Source: Elsinoe ampelina
Taxonomy: Eukaryota
DNA: 62,224 nucleotides
NCBI GenBank assembly: GCA_010093995.1
Contig: ML992501.1
Span: forward strand, 3,244,489-3,306,712
Direction: 5' to 3'
Part shown: positions 23,891 through 37,437 of the stretch, in pieces
How the letters are laid out: each line of letters begins with the position of its first letter
Numbering within the stretch: the stretch's first letter is position 1
Position numbers and translations under genes: made by a program
Notes under the pieces: generated by a model
The model's database searches: none
Told to the model about the DNA's origin: nothing
Seen by the model: the letters and a program-made list of their open reading frames with translations, nothing else

Positions 23891-25630
23891 TCAAGACGGC
23901 ACGATTGTACCGTGGTCAATACCCTGACCCTCCCCTTGATACATCCATCGTACAAACGTTGCTTTGGTGTTGCCTTCGCCGCCATTGCTTGTGGCAAACA
24001 CTCCGACGAAAGATCCTGTGCCCGTCAGTCAACCATTTTTCGAAGTGTGGATCAACTCACCAATGAACGACCCTTCACCACCGCTCACCAGTGTAGCATT
24101 TGCCGTACCCACGAGGTCCAGCTCACCTCCTCCAACACCAATGCCGAATTCATATGTAGTCTCACTGACCGCCTGGATCTGCAGCCTGACTGTCTTGCCT
24201 CCCACGCCTTCTGGCAAGGCGATGATCCTCTCATATCCAGCGGGGTCGTTCGTAGCCTGATCTGCACCAATGGCAGTAACACGGAACCGTACCTGCGGCT
24301 TTGCATCCAGATATACCACTCCCAGATCAGCATGCTGTGTCTGCGTTAAGAATAGAGTGACCCCCGCCTCTTCACCTTCCACGCTGGGCGTAAAGTCCAA
24401 ATCGACGTCATATGTGAAAAGCGTATCTGTCTGCCTACGGCCGATGAAGGCGATGCGGTCGACGTTGGGGTTGAACGTGGCACCACCAGTGAGATTCGAC
24501 TTGGATGGAGCGACAATGAGGCCGCCGTCTCGGATGGTGTAGAAGTCAGGCGGAGGAAGACGGAAGTGAGTAAAGTGCAACGGCAAGCTTGACGAAGTAA
24601 AATTGTAGTCATCTCCATCTTTGACCCAAGATCCTGAGCCAGGGATGTCATGAGATGCTGGAGGGAGTGGGCCTGTCATTGTTCCTCGGACAGGTGTGCA
24701 GACCGGCCAGTCTCCTTCGGCCCACGTCACAGGGTAGAGAACAGTCTCTCGTCCCATGGGCGTGGCGTTGCGGATACGTGGAGTCCGGACGGATAATGCA
24801 ACTCCCCACCAATTGCCAGCCAAGTCTTGGAAGAGGTCAGCATGGCCGACTGCCTGGAAGTACTCGTTTGTGCCGCGATTGGTGAGGATTGGGTTGTTGA
24901 CGTAAGCGTCATATGGGCCTCTGAGGTTCCTGGAGCGAGCAATGGTGGCGGAGTGGTCGGAGCCGGTACCGCCCTTTGCGATTAAGAGGTAGTACCAATC
25001 ATCCTTCTTGTACACGTGCGGCCCTTCTGGCCAAACACGTCCCGTACCATTCCAGAGATTATAGTTGGCTCCATAAGCTCCGGTCGTGACATTGACGGGA
25101 TACTGATTATTGCCAACAATGTCAAAGACGTGGACTGTCACGTATGATTGGCCGTCATGGTCCCAAAAGATGTCTGGATCGAAGGAACCCAGCTCGTTGT
25201 TCCGGAACTTGACAGGCTGACCCCATGATTCGGGGTCGAGAGGATCAGTTGAAGTGAAAATAAAGTTGAAGGGGCTGTCATTGGCACCCATGAATGTGAC
25301 AATGACATAGAAGGTACCGTCTCGATATCGCAGTGTTGGAGCATAGACGCCTTCCTGCTGTCCTCTGATCTGAGAGTATTCCGGGACTTGCTCTTCCTTG
25401 TGAATGACGTTGCTGACATGTCTCCAATTGATCAGGTCCTTGCTGGCGTAGATGGGAAGACCAGGGAAATTGTTGAAGCTGGAGGAGATGCAAAAGAAGG
25501 TGCCGTTGACTGCCGTGCAACTGGGGTCTGGTCGATATCCGGGTATGATGGGGTTAATGTAGGTTGTCAGTTGCGCCAGAGTCGAGCTGACAGTCAGCAG
25601 AAAGCAGGGCAAGATACTTAGTCTCCTCAT
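23891..25630 (-). CDS. Secreted GH43 beta-xylosidase/arabinofuranosidase, 1 intron near the 3' end
   Basis: Signal peptide MRRLSILPCFLLTVSSTLA; NPIIPGYRPDPS, FDPD, WPEGPH, VGHADL. The last exon (GSFVGVFATSNGG..) follows a GTGAGT intron at ~24060-24016. Confidence 0.9.
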
Positions 25631-26428
25631 GTTGGCTTGCAATTGATGTCTGTGGGCCAGATGACGAAAGGACTCGACTTGGACCGGACCTACCGACACT
25701 TACTGGCCTCATATACTCACCATGCCTCTGTGACGGCGGCGTCGAAGACCATGGGTACATCTGCAGGGACGGGAGATCCGGCTAAATAGGCAAAGAAGTA
25801 TGTTGCTACGAAATGCAAAAGGAAAGGCCCGATCTCGAAGAAGGAACTGAGAAGCAGTTTTGACTTGACGCGAAGAAGTTCGGGTGCGGAGACAGCGGGG
25901 TGGGAGGGGAAGAGACCTTGGCACTTCTTTTCTGTGGCGGCAGCGACACCCAACGATCGAGATGAGGAGCAGAGGATTGTATGTAGCATCCAACGGTAGC
26001 AGGTTGCTCAAGGAGTGAAGATCTGGAGCAAGGCTGATTGTTTGACGGTGACTCGTTGGATCCAATGCCAACCGCTTCTCACTGCTTTGTGGCGTGACTC
26101 CAATAACAAGTCGACTTCGTTATCAAATCATGACTTCTACCAGTCGACTACTGTCCTCGCCGCTTCTGCGTACCTCCCGAAATTTTTGTCTGCTCGTTTC
26201 GATCATGACAATACCGATGGTAAGATAATCGATGGACGTAAACAGTCATAATCTGCAAGTTGATATCCATGATGGATTCGAAGCCCCTCTGTTTTGACGT
26301 CATGTCAGAGCGGAGTACTCTAACATCATGTAGACTTCATAGTGAAGGCGCTTTCTTGTCGTCTTCCAGCCGCCTCTTTTCCTTGAAGTATAGAACATCC
26401 AAGTCGTATATTCTTCCATACATCAATC

Positions 26429-27589
26429 ATGCCTGGCCATCACGCGTTGGTTTTCGGTGCCTCTGGAGTGTCTGGCTGGGCCATCACTAGTCAAGCCCTG
26501 CAGTTCCCTTCCAACAACACTTTTTCACAGGTCACAGCCCTCACGAACAGACCTCTCTCTATCGAGGGATCGAAGCTACCACAGGACGACAGGCTTGAGC
26601 TCGTCAGTGGTATTGACTTGACCGGCTCTGTCGAATCGATTGTTTCGGGTCTCAAGTCAAAAGTGAAGGACGTTTCTAGCGTCAGCCATGTCTTCTTCAC
26701 AGCCTATATCGAGAAGCCGAGCTACCCTGAGCTCGTGGAGATCAACAAAAGACTCGTCAGCAACGCCATTTCCGCCATCTCCAAGGTCGCCGGATCGTCC
26801 CTCAAAGCGGTGATCTTGCAGACCGGCGGCAAGCATTACGGTGTCGAATTCGCCGACAAAGTCAACATTCAACCTCCTCTCAAGGCGGATGCTGCCAGAA
26901 TCCCCAGTCCGATTGGAGATAACATCTTCTACTACAATCAATATGATGTGATCTCCGATCTCCGCAAAGGACATTCCTGGAACTTCTATGAAGTCCGCCC
27001 AGACGTCATTGTTGGTTTCACACCCGGCTCCAACTTCATGAACATTTCCCAAGGCCTCGGGTTCTACTTCACCCTGTATCGTGCCGTTCATGGTGCCGGC
27101 GCTGAAGTGCCGTTCGTCGGCACCCAGAAAAGCTGGGTCAACAAGCATACAGATACATTCCAGGATATTCTGGCGCAGCAAGAGATCCACATCTCGCTGA
27201 ATGAGAACAACATCCCCAGCGGGAAGAGTTTCAATGCAGCCAATGGAGATGTCACCACTTGGTCAGACAAGTGGCCTGCGCTCGCTTCGTACTTTGGGCT
27301 AAACGGCGTGGGCCCTGGGAGTGCAGAGGTAGACACTGCAGCATTTGCACAGAAGCACACGGAGGAATGGAAGAAGCTCGAGAGAGAGCATAGTCTAAAG
27401 CCGGGCATCTTCGAGAAGTATAGCTGGGGCTTTATCAAAGGCGTCTGCGTCTTGTTTGATTTCGACAGACACTATGACCTTTCGGAAACGAGAAACGTGG
27501 GGTTCAACGAGACCATTGACACGGTGAAGGGGTACACCACTGCATTTGACAGGATGAGGGATGCGAAGATCTTGCCGACACTGGATTGA
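26429..27589 (+). CDS. PRISE/SirQ-like NAD(P)-dependent short-chain reductase
   Basis: 386 aa; HALVFGASGVSGWA, VSHVFFTAY, LQTGGKHYG, NIFYYNQYD, RPDVIVG. Confidence 0.85.
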   Translation: MPGHHALVFGASGVSGWAITSQALQFPSNNTFSQVTALTNRPLSIEGSKLPQDDRLELVSGIDLTGSVESIVSGLKSKVKDVSSVSHVFFTAYIEKPSYPELVEINKRLVSNAISAISKVAGSSLKAVILQTGGKHYGVEFADKVNIQPPLKADAARIPSPIGDNIFYYNQYDVISDLRKGHSWNFYEVRPDVIVGFTPGSNFMNISQGLGFYFTLYRAVHGAGAEVPFVGTQKSWVNKHTDTFQDILAQQEIHISLNENNIPSGKSFNAANGDVTTWSDKWPALASYFGLNGVGPGSAEVDTAAFAQKHTEEWKKLEREHSLKPGIFEKYSWGFIKGVCVLFDFDRHYDLSETRNVGFNETIDTVKGYTTAFDRMRDAKILPTLD

Positions 27590-27851
27590 ATCAAATCTAC
27601 TATGAGCAATGATCATTGGAATTGGCAATGGCATGCTGCGAAGCTTCACTGGATCTACTCTTTAGGAATGGAACATTCGTTCGCCAGCACATGTCTGTTG
27701 TATTATGATAGCGACAGTATGATACATATTCTCAAGGAGACTTTAATGTACAAGATTACCAAGACTTATCCAACAACTGTTCTGTTGACGCTACCATATC
27801 CGGCTCCTTTCGAACACCTGTTTGATATGAATACTGTCGTAGTGGTATGAT

Positions 27852-28246
27852 CTAGAGAAGATCCTCGCAGAGGAGGGCCTGGCCAAGCTGGAAGGTGTTA
27901 GCACTGGATCCGAGGCAAAGATGCAGAGTACTTACCACTGGCAGAGCGCAGCAGCGAGCTTGTTGGCCCTCAGCGGCGCAGATGTCCCTGAAGTTCTCGG
28001 CAGAGGTGGGGACTTGAGGTGCTGGAATGCATGTCAGCGGATGCCAGACAGATATATCGGGTTGGACTGCTTACGCTGCTGGCAGTCGAGGATGGCAAGC
28101 CCCAAGACGTCGGTAGCACAGCACTGTGCGTTGCCGTAGGTGCCCAAGCAGACTGGGAAGGCCTGGCGGGAGGTGAGCTCAGCAGGAGCTGCGACTGCTA
28201 CGGAGGCAGCGCCGAGGAGGGTGGAGACGACAGTGGTGAAGAGCAT
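27852..28246 (-). CDS. Class II hydrophobin (2 introns)
   Basis: Signal peptide. Spliced product has C-X8-CC-X11-C-X16-C-X8-CC-X10-C; introns GTAAGC..CTGAC..CAG and GTAAGT..CTAAC..CAG. Confidence 0.92.
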
Positions 28247-29676
28247 GTTGACTGCTTGACTCTGAATGAGGTAAGAGGTTGATTGACGTGGATGTCTTGT
28301 AGATTGGATGGGTGCTGATGAGGGATGGAACACGAATTGGCAGGACGAGATGGTTGTCTTTATACTTGCTGGTCCGGTGTCCTCGCAAGAAGCACAGAGG
28401 AGGTTTCCCAGTCTCATTGCCGCTACAATGACCATTGCCAGGATTATGGCATGCTGACTGGACCTTGATGCCGTTTCTCCATCGTATCGTCCTTCCCATC
28501 TCGCGACAGAGACGTGCCGATCTCCTCACGATCGACCTCGTCAACCAGACATCGTTGTACTCTGCCAGGCTCAAAAGGATATCGCCGCCGTCAGTGTAAT
28601 ACCCCTGTGGCGGCGACCATGTCGTGCCTGGCAAAGATGAGCGGGTCACCACACTTACTGTAGGTCTGAGCGACGATGATCTCGTGAAGGACTGCCTCAG
28701 ACATCTGAGACATGCATGTCAGTAGTCAGGTACAAGGGTACTTTGACAGCAGCGATGCCGGGGTTGAGACGTAACGCCCTGGTCGCTTAGAGGGTACTAC
28801 TGGATGTCTTCGCGACTGACTTTGTGGCACCCGAGCCTTGACGTCTGACCGCGGCTCTGTTCACGGTACCTATACAGGGGTAGGCCTTGTTCCCGGTGGC
28901 CGTGCGGGAGGGGATTGGGTGGAACCATGGACAGTGGAACGTGGGCGGTGACAGGTCCGCAGCGGCATAAGTGGCCGTGCAGAGGCTGACGCAGGGTGCA
29001 GGTGTGCCGATATGATCATGCGTGAAAAGCCATGCGAACACAGATCGACAAGGAGAAAACTTGAAGCCTCAATGTCGATCATGACGATCTGGTCGCGACT
29101 TTCTCTTGACAGCTTGGGATGCTTTTCGCTAGCAGCCACTAACAAGGCGACAAGGATGAATTATCGACCAATGAGAATGTACAGACCATGTATTTATTTG
29201 CGATCACCATAGTCACAACGACTTCTGATGAAGATCCGTCGGTTGAACCTTCTCAGGCTATTGTCGTGACGCTGATCGAAGGAGCCGCTTGCTATAGGAT
29301 CGTCTTTCTCAGACGGCGCAACCAGAGTATCAGCCATGCGACCGTGCTGATTATTCGTGTTGACCCTGGCCGCGCTGCCAGGTTTCTGAAGTGTAGATCG
29401 ACCTGAACCACGACTGGCAGTGGCGAAAAAGAAGACTTTGACACGGGGGAAAGGATCATTGCGGATTCGCCTGTGCCCGATGCTAGCGGAGTTGGTCAAA
29501 CCTGGTCGCCCGCGGTCAAAACGAGTCGTTCTCGGTCCGATACAGCAATTTTGCCTGTATGACAACATCTGCCACCTCGACAGCACTACAGCCAGCGTGC
29601 CAGTTCCTATTTACCTAACTTGCGTCGAGGCTGTGCCGTTGTCCGAGCACCTACACGGGATCAACAAGTATGTGTT

Positions 29677-29943
29677 ATAATAGAGGACTAGTACAGCTTC
29701 TCTAGTACTAAAGAACTAGTACTAATAAGTTAGCGCACGCATAGTAGATAATCGGTAATTGTAACTCTTAACTAGAGTGCTTTAGTATTTTATTATACCT
29801 TTTTTTTTTAGCTTTTGTTATTGCTAAGTAAAGCGCCATTAAAAGCGCTAGAGGCAGTTTCTTAGATAAGTCTTTTATTTGGTAGTAATAGCGAACAATT
29901 TTTGGTAGACGCGAGGGGTGACGCCGAGTCTAAAAATCTCGGT
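29677..29943. mobile_element. Short RIP-marked transposon relic
   Basis: Abrupt AT/TpA/CTAG-rich patch in GC-balanced DNA. The right end ...AAAAATCTCGG|TA resembles a single TA-flanked terminus; no partner end found. Confidence 0.4.
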
Positions 29944-29983
29944 AAGACAACAAAATTGTCCCGCGCCCGCTTCGCACCCAACG

Positions 29984-32696
29984 CTACTTCCCATATTCGA
30001 TACTAAACGAGGCCGTCTCCACCTTATCATAGTCACTCTCCTTACTGGCGTCACCGAGCAAATGCAAAGCCCGTATCACAATCTTATACTCACCAGCTGG
30101 GGCGACAGTGCCGTTAGCGAACAGCCCGGTCCAAATGAAAGAGGCGTATACCCCGAGCAAATATTCTAGCGGCGCTCCAGAGATGCTGCCGATAGCTCCC
30201 GCAAGTGATGTGTCGTTTGTAGAGCCTGGATAGACATCGATTCGTAGGAGTGCCGTCGCAACCTTTATAGCGGCAATGATTTGTGGGGCGTCGTATACCG
30301 TCCCGTTGGATGCAGTAGAGTTATTGGTAGAATTGGAGGGTGGAATTATAAAGTGCTTGCCGGCAGGCACAGGTTCGTCCGCGAGGTCGCTCAGGGCTGT
30401 AAGATAGGTCTGATTCTTGTCCAGAATAGCGACATCTCTCATGGCCCCTGCCACTCCAAGATAGGGAAGAGAAAGGGCGGAACCATCGGATCCATTGATG
30501 GCAATGTAGCCACTGTAAACGGGTAGGCGCAAACCATCAAGTCCTGTAGGAGGAGTAGCGTCCACGGTCACTACTGCGGAATCTCCTGCAGACACTGTGA
30601 TTTCCTGCTCGGAGAAGTGTATTTCGGCAACTGCAGGATTATACGTATTTGGAAATGCCTCGGCAACGTTGTCTCCAGCGGTGAGAGAGTAGAAAGTTCC
30701 GGCCGGAACGTGCTTGAAGCGTAATACGACGGGACCGTTGCCAGTGTTGTGTACAGAGAAGTTCTGGACGCCAGCAAAGTTGGTAGAGTCGTTGAAAGCC
30801 AAAGACGACCGATCCAACAAGACTGTTGCGTAGGCTGCATCAAATGCTTGTAGGAGTCCAGCACCCTGCTGCTGTACAGGAGCGAGATAAGGAAATGTAG
30901 CGTTATCGGGGCCAATGTTGTAGAGTTGTGGTTTTGCAGTAGACGAAAGCACGTCCCTAAGTATTGTAGGATCATGTGTGCCTCGAACTTGGGCGACCAA
31001 GGCATAGATCGCAGCGGCGAGTGGCGTTGCCATAGATGTACCCGACTCTACAGCATAACCTCCGAGTGCCAAAGGATAAGTGGAGAGGATATTACCCCCT
31101 GGAGCGGCGAATTGTGGCTTGACGTCTAGCTCAAATGTTGGGCCCCACGAAGTGAAAGTCGATACAAGACCCCCGGTCTGGTCATTTGGTACAATCTCGA
31201 GGGTTGGTTCAGCGGTCGTGGCGCTATGGAGGATTTGGATGCTGATTTCGGCGCCATTACTGAGCAAACTGATCCACTCTCGGCCTACAGTTGCGTTGAC
31301 CATACCTATTCCGAGGATCCCATCCAACTCGGCCGACACCGTCGCTGTGCTACAAATAACCCTGTCAGCCGTCAATCCATACTTGTGGGGGCAGTGCCAC
31401 GTACCCGCCGACGTTGTTGTAAAACATGACATATCTAGCGCCTTTCGCCTGCACAGCTTCCAGTTTGTCTGAGAAAGCGCACGTGCCACGACGGATGAGC
31501 ACAATATATCGAGAGAGATCCGGGGTATCATCCGGCAAGCCATCGCAGGCGTTCGCGGGATCTTTCGTATCGTAGTTAACAGACCAGAGCGGAAGAACGA
31601 CGTCCTGATCGAAACCAGAGGCATAAGTCCAACCAAAGCTTATCGTCTGATTTTGAACTGTGTAGGATCCCGGTATGTACAGAGATGGCATATCAGTATT
31701 ATCGAAAGAAGCAATTGCGGATACAAGCCTCCCATCCCCTGAAGAGGATGTGAAAAACTGTCCGCTCACACCAGAGTTTCCAGCAGCAACGGTGCACGGG
31801 ATCCCAGCCGCTACAATCCTGGAAATCGCAACAGAAGTTGGGTTATCGCTCCAACCATTGTCGAGACCGATTGAAGCAGTGATTATGTCAGCACCGTCCT
31901 GGTAGGCCCGATTGAATGCGGCAATCAAGACGTCGTCCGTGACAAAACCAGAACATCCGAACACACGATAAGCGCCTAATTTGACTCCTGGTGCGGCGCC
32001 TGTGAAGCCGTATCTTGTGTTCTGTGCAGCGATGATACCAGCGACGTGGGTGCCATGACCCTCACATGTATCTCGTGGGTCGTTGTCTGGTACCGGTGTG
32101 GTGTATCCCGTGTAGTTATCGCCGACTAGGTCGTAGCCGAAGCTCACCAGACAGTCTTCGGTCCCGAAACAACCCCCGAGCGCCTCGTGCATGTAATCAA
32201 TACCAGTATCGACGACGGCAATCTTGATCCCCTCGCCTCTGATGCCTCGCGAATGAAGCTGGTCCACTTGGGTCATGACGTGAGGAGCATAAGACGCATT
32301 ACCAATCATATCCTGTCGCTTGAGCAGACCAGGCCCGGCCTGGTGAGCATTCTTGCGAGTTCGCCTCGAATTGCGGCCGACTGGAGTGTATTGTCGGACT
32401 GGCCAAAGTCTCTTGACCATTGGAAAGGCTTCAATGTTTCGCACCGCGGCTTCCGTGTCCTGACCCGGTTTCAGGTGGAAAGAAGCTCCTTTGAACAACT
32501 GGTAGGAGAGTTCCATGCGAGGCTCGACGGCATGACCTTTGGAGTGGAGATCATCCCAAAACGTGATTGATTCATGTTCGTCGTGGAATTCGGCTATGTA
32601 TAGTCCAGGTACTGTTTGTTGTTTTTGCTCTTCCAGTGCAGAGACCGTGGCGGGAAGCAGCAGGGCTGCCCAAGTAAAGAAAGGAGAGACGAACAT
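29984..32696 (-). CDS. Secreted subtilisin-like S8 protease with PA and Fn3-like domains, 1 intron
   Basis: Signal peptide; catalytic VDTGID, HGTHVAG, SGTSMATP; PA motif LIRRGTCAFSDK. Intron GTACGT..CTGAC.AG (~31403-31362) joins the two ORFs. Confidence 0.92.
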
Positions 32697-33906
32697 CTTT
32701 CAGTCGAGATTCAATAGATGGACGTCTGTCGGCGGACTCTATGCTTGCTTTTATATCGCCTGCCATTCGAGAACCTGTATGTCGCTGTGAGCACCATGGC
32801 GTCCCAGCTGATAACGAGGTCAATTCCCAACAAACCTTGATAGGACGAATGATCAAAACCGACCTTGCAGATTTGGTAAGATATGAGGTGTGTTGTGTCG
32901 CACATCTTGCGACATGCTATGGCGTTTCGCGGCGATCTGGAAGTGAGCAGAGCCTGTTGCTGGAAAGAGTGGTAGCGCAAATGAGCATTTGAGATAAGGG
33001 TCTGCGAGAAGCAGTGAGGGATCGGTCGTGACACTTTGCTGTCCTTCTATAGGCGCAAAAATGGTCGGAAAAATGGATGACGCTCAAGGGATCTAGGGCA
33101 TAGAAAGCTTCTAGAAAGCTTCTAGGCGAAGAAGGTCGATACCTTAACTTACACGAAGTCCGAGCTGGAATTCTGTCCAATAACCTAATAGCGGCACTCG
33201 GACTTCTCGGTCAGCTTGACCGCTTGATTCACTGTACTAGGGCGCTGGCAGAGTATTGGCCGAGCGATGAAGGGGTGGGCAAGATAACGGATGGCCTGAG
33301 GAAGGACTATCAGTAGATGATTGCCGCCAGATTGGACAACGAGGAAGCGGACATACCACAGCTTGTTCGCCTCCATGCCGATGCCGGCGACCGAGACTTC
33401 ACCTAACGAGCAACAATGGATGAATCTGGCCTCATGGAGTGATCTCACATGATCCTGAGTGCGTCTATATGATCGCCTCACATGTTACATAGCTCGGTCG
33501 AATGATCTTGAAAGAGAACATGTGGGGGCATGCATCGATGGCACTTCTCCGACGAGGACGAGGTCGATGTCGAATCTTGGCGGAGCGGCATTGAGGAGGT
33601 ACCAGCATTCAGCTTCAGCTACATCTGCCCTCGAGATTGTGAAAGAGCGAGTCGTGGGACGATTCCGCAAGGGGTTGAATCTCAATGTTCCACCCAAAAT
33701 GCATATATAGCCTCGTCGTTTGGCTTGCCGAGCTTCGAACTCGTTGGAAAGGCTGGTCCTCAGGCGGTATATCCCACATGCAGCAAGACACATACTTGAG
33801 ATCATGGCGGGATGACTCATAGGTAGCTGGCTGATAGCACCAAATTCATGCCTACCCATGACAGGCTTTGCAGGTCTCATACTCGTAGTGACCGTAATCA
33901 GCATCC

Positions 33907-35239
33907 TCAACCAACGTAGTTGGCATGACCAGCTAACACTTCATCCTCTCTCAATCTCGTCAAGTCATCCTCTGTCAAGCAGAATGCGAGGGAAATATCT
34001 CCGTTCTTCGCCCTGGGCATGAAATAGCAAAAACAAGGCCAGGGCGGCATCGAGGGCCTCTTGGCGGCATCTGCGTGGCCCAAGATCGGCCCGAACGAAT
34101 AGTCACAGCATCTGCTGATGTTCGCATAGGATGACAAGACAAGGTCCCTGTCTGGATTGACCTTGGCACCGTTGATGATAATCTTCTTATCCTCCAACCT
34201 GTCGCTACTGCTCGAATGTGGTGATCGATCTTAACATCCTGCTGAAGCATTCGTCTCATTCTCCCAATTACCTCGCTAATGGGAAGTTTCCATACGTCGA
34301 CCTGATCCTCATGGAGTGTATCAACCATGTGACCAGTGTAGCCTTTCAGTCCCAGATAGCTCCTCATGCTACAAGGCCTTGCGAAGTGGTAGTGGACTTG
34401 CTCTCCGAGCCTGACCGATCTTGCTTTCGCAATTCTCTGCCAGCAGAAAGCAGCGATGGTGTCACCAGTAGATACATAAGGCACAATCGTTCGCCTGCTA
34501 GCCCCTTCTTTGAGGCGGGCCACATCCGCGGCGGAGAAGTTCCAGTACGCCCATCGCGGTGGGGTGGATGGTGTGAATGGGTTTCCAGAGGGTTGGAGAA
34601 ATACATCATCGAACTCATCTCCCGGTTGTCAGTGGCTGCCGAGCAAGGACACCGCATGCCGCCTGTCCTGTTTGCTATCCCGAATCTCCTCCGCCGTAAA
34701 AGCTTCGCCGCGACATGCTTTGGCAAACAATCTGATCACGATCCCTAATCCAGTCATGTCCATCACAGTGTGGTTGGCATTGAAGGTCAGAATTAATCCT
34801 CCACCAGAGACAATATTCGCTTGCAAGTGAAGTACAGGTGCAACTTCATCTGGTGGCTGTCGCTCAGCCCACGTTGTGGCCAGCGAGGGCGCTAGCTTGC
34901 TGACATCAAGAGCTGAGAAAGAACAACCACTAGCTTGTAGTTCCTTAAAGTTGAATTGGGAATCATTGTCGAGCCACCAGCAACTCGATGGATGAACCAT
35001 GGGGCAGGACTCTGCGGGTGCCGCTATTAGTGGCTGTCCTGTCTGTTGACAACCCTTCCTGCTAGAAATGGGAGAGCGTCCGCAAGCTTCTGCAGAGCTA
35101 CCCTGATGCAATCTAGGATCTGTCCTGTGTCCTTGTCAGGCAGTGGGAAGAACAGACACAACACAATGTATCTCGTGATGAAAGGCAAGTTGCCCATGAC
35201 ATCCTCGAGATGAGAAAAGCCTGTGATGCCCGTCATCAT
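33907..35239 (-). pseudogene. TRI101-like (BAHD/CoA-dependent) O-acetyltransferase pseudogene
   Basis: Four ORF fragments: EDVMGNLP..PFLAGRVV, PVLHLQANIV..NHTVMD (HxxxD), STGDTIAAFCWQRI, LSSYA..YSFGP..RP. Several frameshifts, TGA at 34629-34631, no intron signals bridging them. Confidence 0.8.
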
Positions 35240-35569
35240 TCAAACGGCCTTGATGAAGACACTAAATGAACATGACATTGCGGAAGAAAAGCGACATGGC
35301 CGCAACATGAAGGGTGGGCACTAGTAAACGAATGGTGATAATAGTTTAGGATGAGCCATCGGCCGCCCGCAACGCCGAGCACATACAAGGATACCTAGAT
35401 TCGATGCCCAGTACCGCTATGATTCAACGCCTTGTCTAGCAGGGTTTTCCCAGGCGACTGTCACATCAATTTTGGCCAAGGTTTCCGATTTTGTCTACCT
35501 CTCAATCATCATCTGCGCATACTACAAAAAGGACGGTCAAAACATGAATGTCGTGATATAGTCCACGGA

Positions 35570-36675
35570 CTAAAATTTCTCCTCGGTGCTGTCCAGCTGG
35601 TGGACCACGGCGATAACGTCCTTCTCCTTCTCTCCGCTCTTCTCTAGAGAGTCATTCTCAACATCAGGGGGTAGCAAGTCCGGTTGCATAGTCAGAGGGG
35701 CGTTAGATGTCCCCAGAGTCGAATCCGAAGGGAACCATTTCCTCATCAACGGCTTGAGAGCGGCAGCAGAGATGGCGGCCATGGCTACCGAGTTCTCCCA
35801 CAAAGCGAGGACGAAATAGGTGGACAAATTAGCCCATTGATGCTCCCCTACGAGAATTCCGAGATCCAAGAAGGGGATGCGGACGATGCTGATGATACTA
35901 CCAACAGCACCGAGCATCATGACAGCCATGACCTGGCACTTATTGCGCCAAGACATGGAGGATTTGTAGATGACAGTGGCAGGCAACAGAGTAAGGAGCC
36001 AATCGATAAGCATGTTGAGAATGGTCGAGACGAGGGCCAAGGCATTCATGGCGTCGAGATCAAGGCATTTCGGATCCGGGTTGCGCACATCGAGCGGATC
36101 GCCGCATGAGAAGAGCTGTACAAAATTGTAGATGATGGAGAATAATGTGTAAAGCCCGACACTGATGATTATGGTGTAACGCTGCCAGTTGAAGGCCGGG
36201 GCCGGAAGTACTCTGAGGAAGAAAGCGGCGATGGCGATGCGGACCAGAACCAGAATGGTCAAGTACAGTACGCCCCAGAACTGGATACGCTGGCCACTAT
36301 CAGTCAGAGCGGAGGTCATAATGCATGAAGCTTACAATGATGCTGTTGAAGTACTCCGCCGCGAGCCCATTCCGCACAAGCTCGGCGGCATAATAGAACA
36401 TGAACAAAGTCTGACCCAGGAATACAAACTATTGGTGTTAGTACCTCATGCCTGCAGCTTGTAATCCGACCTACATATGCAGCTATCAGAAGATAGTCGT
36501 CCTTGCCCATCGCCTTGACCATGAACTTCCGGACGTAGAGACGGACAGCGAGCAAGACGGTGACAAGGACGAGAGCTGCCGCATGGTTGGCGAAGAAGAA
36601 GACAGGGTTAATATCACCGCTGAGCCCCTCGACATAGGGAGCAGCCAGCTCGGCATCGGGTATGTTGTCAGCCAT
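35570..36675 (-). CDS. PTH11-like (non-CFEM) integral membrane protein, 2 introns
   Basis: ATG 36675; LAVRLYVR..MGKDDYLLIAA, seven hydrophobic segments, DWLLTLLP, ISIVRI, E..VAMAAISAAALKPL. Confidence 0.8.
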
Positions 36676-37117
36676 GTCACAGAGACTCAATAGGACGAGG
36701 AGCTCAGGGAAAGGAAGAAGACATGAGAGATGGGAAAGTTTGACTTTGAATAACCGTCCGAATCTCAACGCAGGCCCCAAACATGTTCGCGGCATTTGAC
36801 TTTGCTTGTCGATGGGTCGACGAAAGGTTGAAGCCGAATATGGTTGGACGTTGCAACAGACGTTTGGCGAGACTGTTGTGTCTCTATTTGCGGCACGTGA
36901 ATATCCGGGACGATCACTTCCAGCTTGCCGGACTGCGTGACGGTAGTTCTGTGCATGACAGTTGACAAGCTTGTGGGAGAAATGCCAGTAGAGTACAAAG
37001 CAATATATATAGAGCTATTGCTGAGAGCACGCTTACCTTGAAACGACAACCCACACGGGACGTGGCGGCATGTTGCGGTGTGGACTATTGAGATTGCAGA
37101 CGGCACATGTAACGTGC

Positions 37118-37250
37118 CTCCAAGTGAGACCGTGGCTCAGATGGGCCAGATACTCGTGATAGATGGCTGTTTAAGAAGGAAAGAAGAACGTCTTGCGGGT
37201 GTTTTCCGGTCTTTCGAGGGAGCTGGAATGGAGAAGACCCGGACCAATCA
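37118..37250. repeat. Short dispersed repeat, copy 2 (other copy 12115-12276)
   Basis: Same-orientation similarity to 12115-12276; this copy keeps the C/G-rich (presumably ancestral) bases. Confidence 0.85.
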
Positions 37251-37437
37251 CATCCGGCTGAATCGAGACCCGCAATTTCTCTTGGCGTTGACATCCCTCC
37301 GTCGCACATGTCTGAACTCCGAACCTCGACAGCCAGCATCACAGCACCTCTCACATCGCCAGGCAATCGCATTGATCATTCACAGTCAGTCGAAATCTTG
37401 CTACTTATGTACTTACCACCGTTGACCTATCTTACAG

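Noticed and set aside
25709..26071. Short minus-strand ORFs upstream of GH43
   Set aside because: No recognisable domain or coherent gene model.
33040..33910. ORFs and a TAGAAAGCTTC tandem/palindrome between the protease and acetyltransferase
   Set aside because: No family motif; the repeat is too short to interpret.
10269..35239. Intact secondary-metabolite gene cluster
   Set aside because: No backbone enzyme; tailoring genes are scattered and two are pseudogenes.
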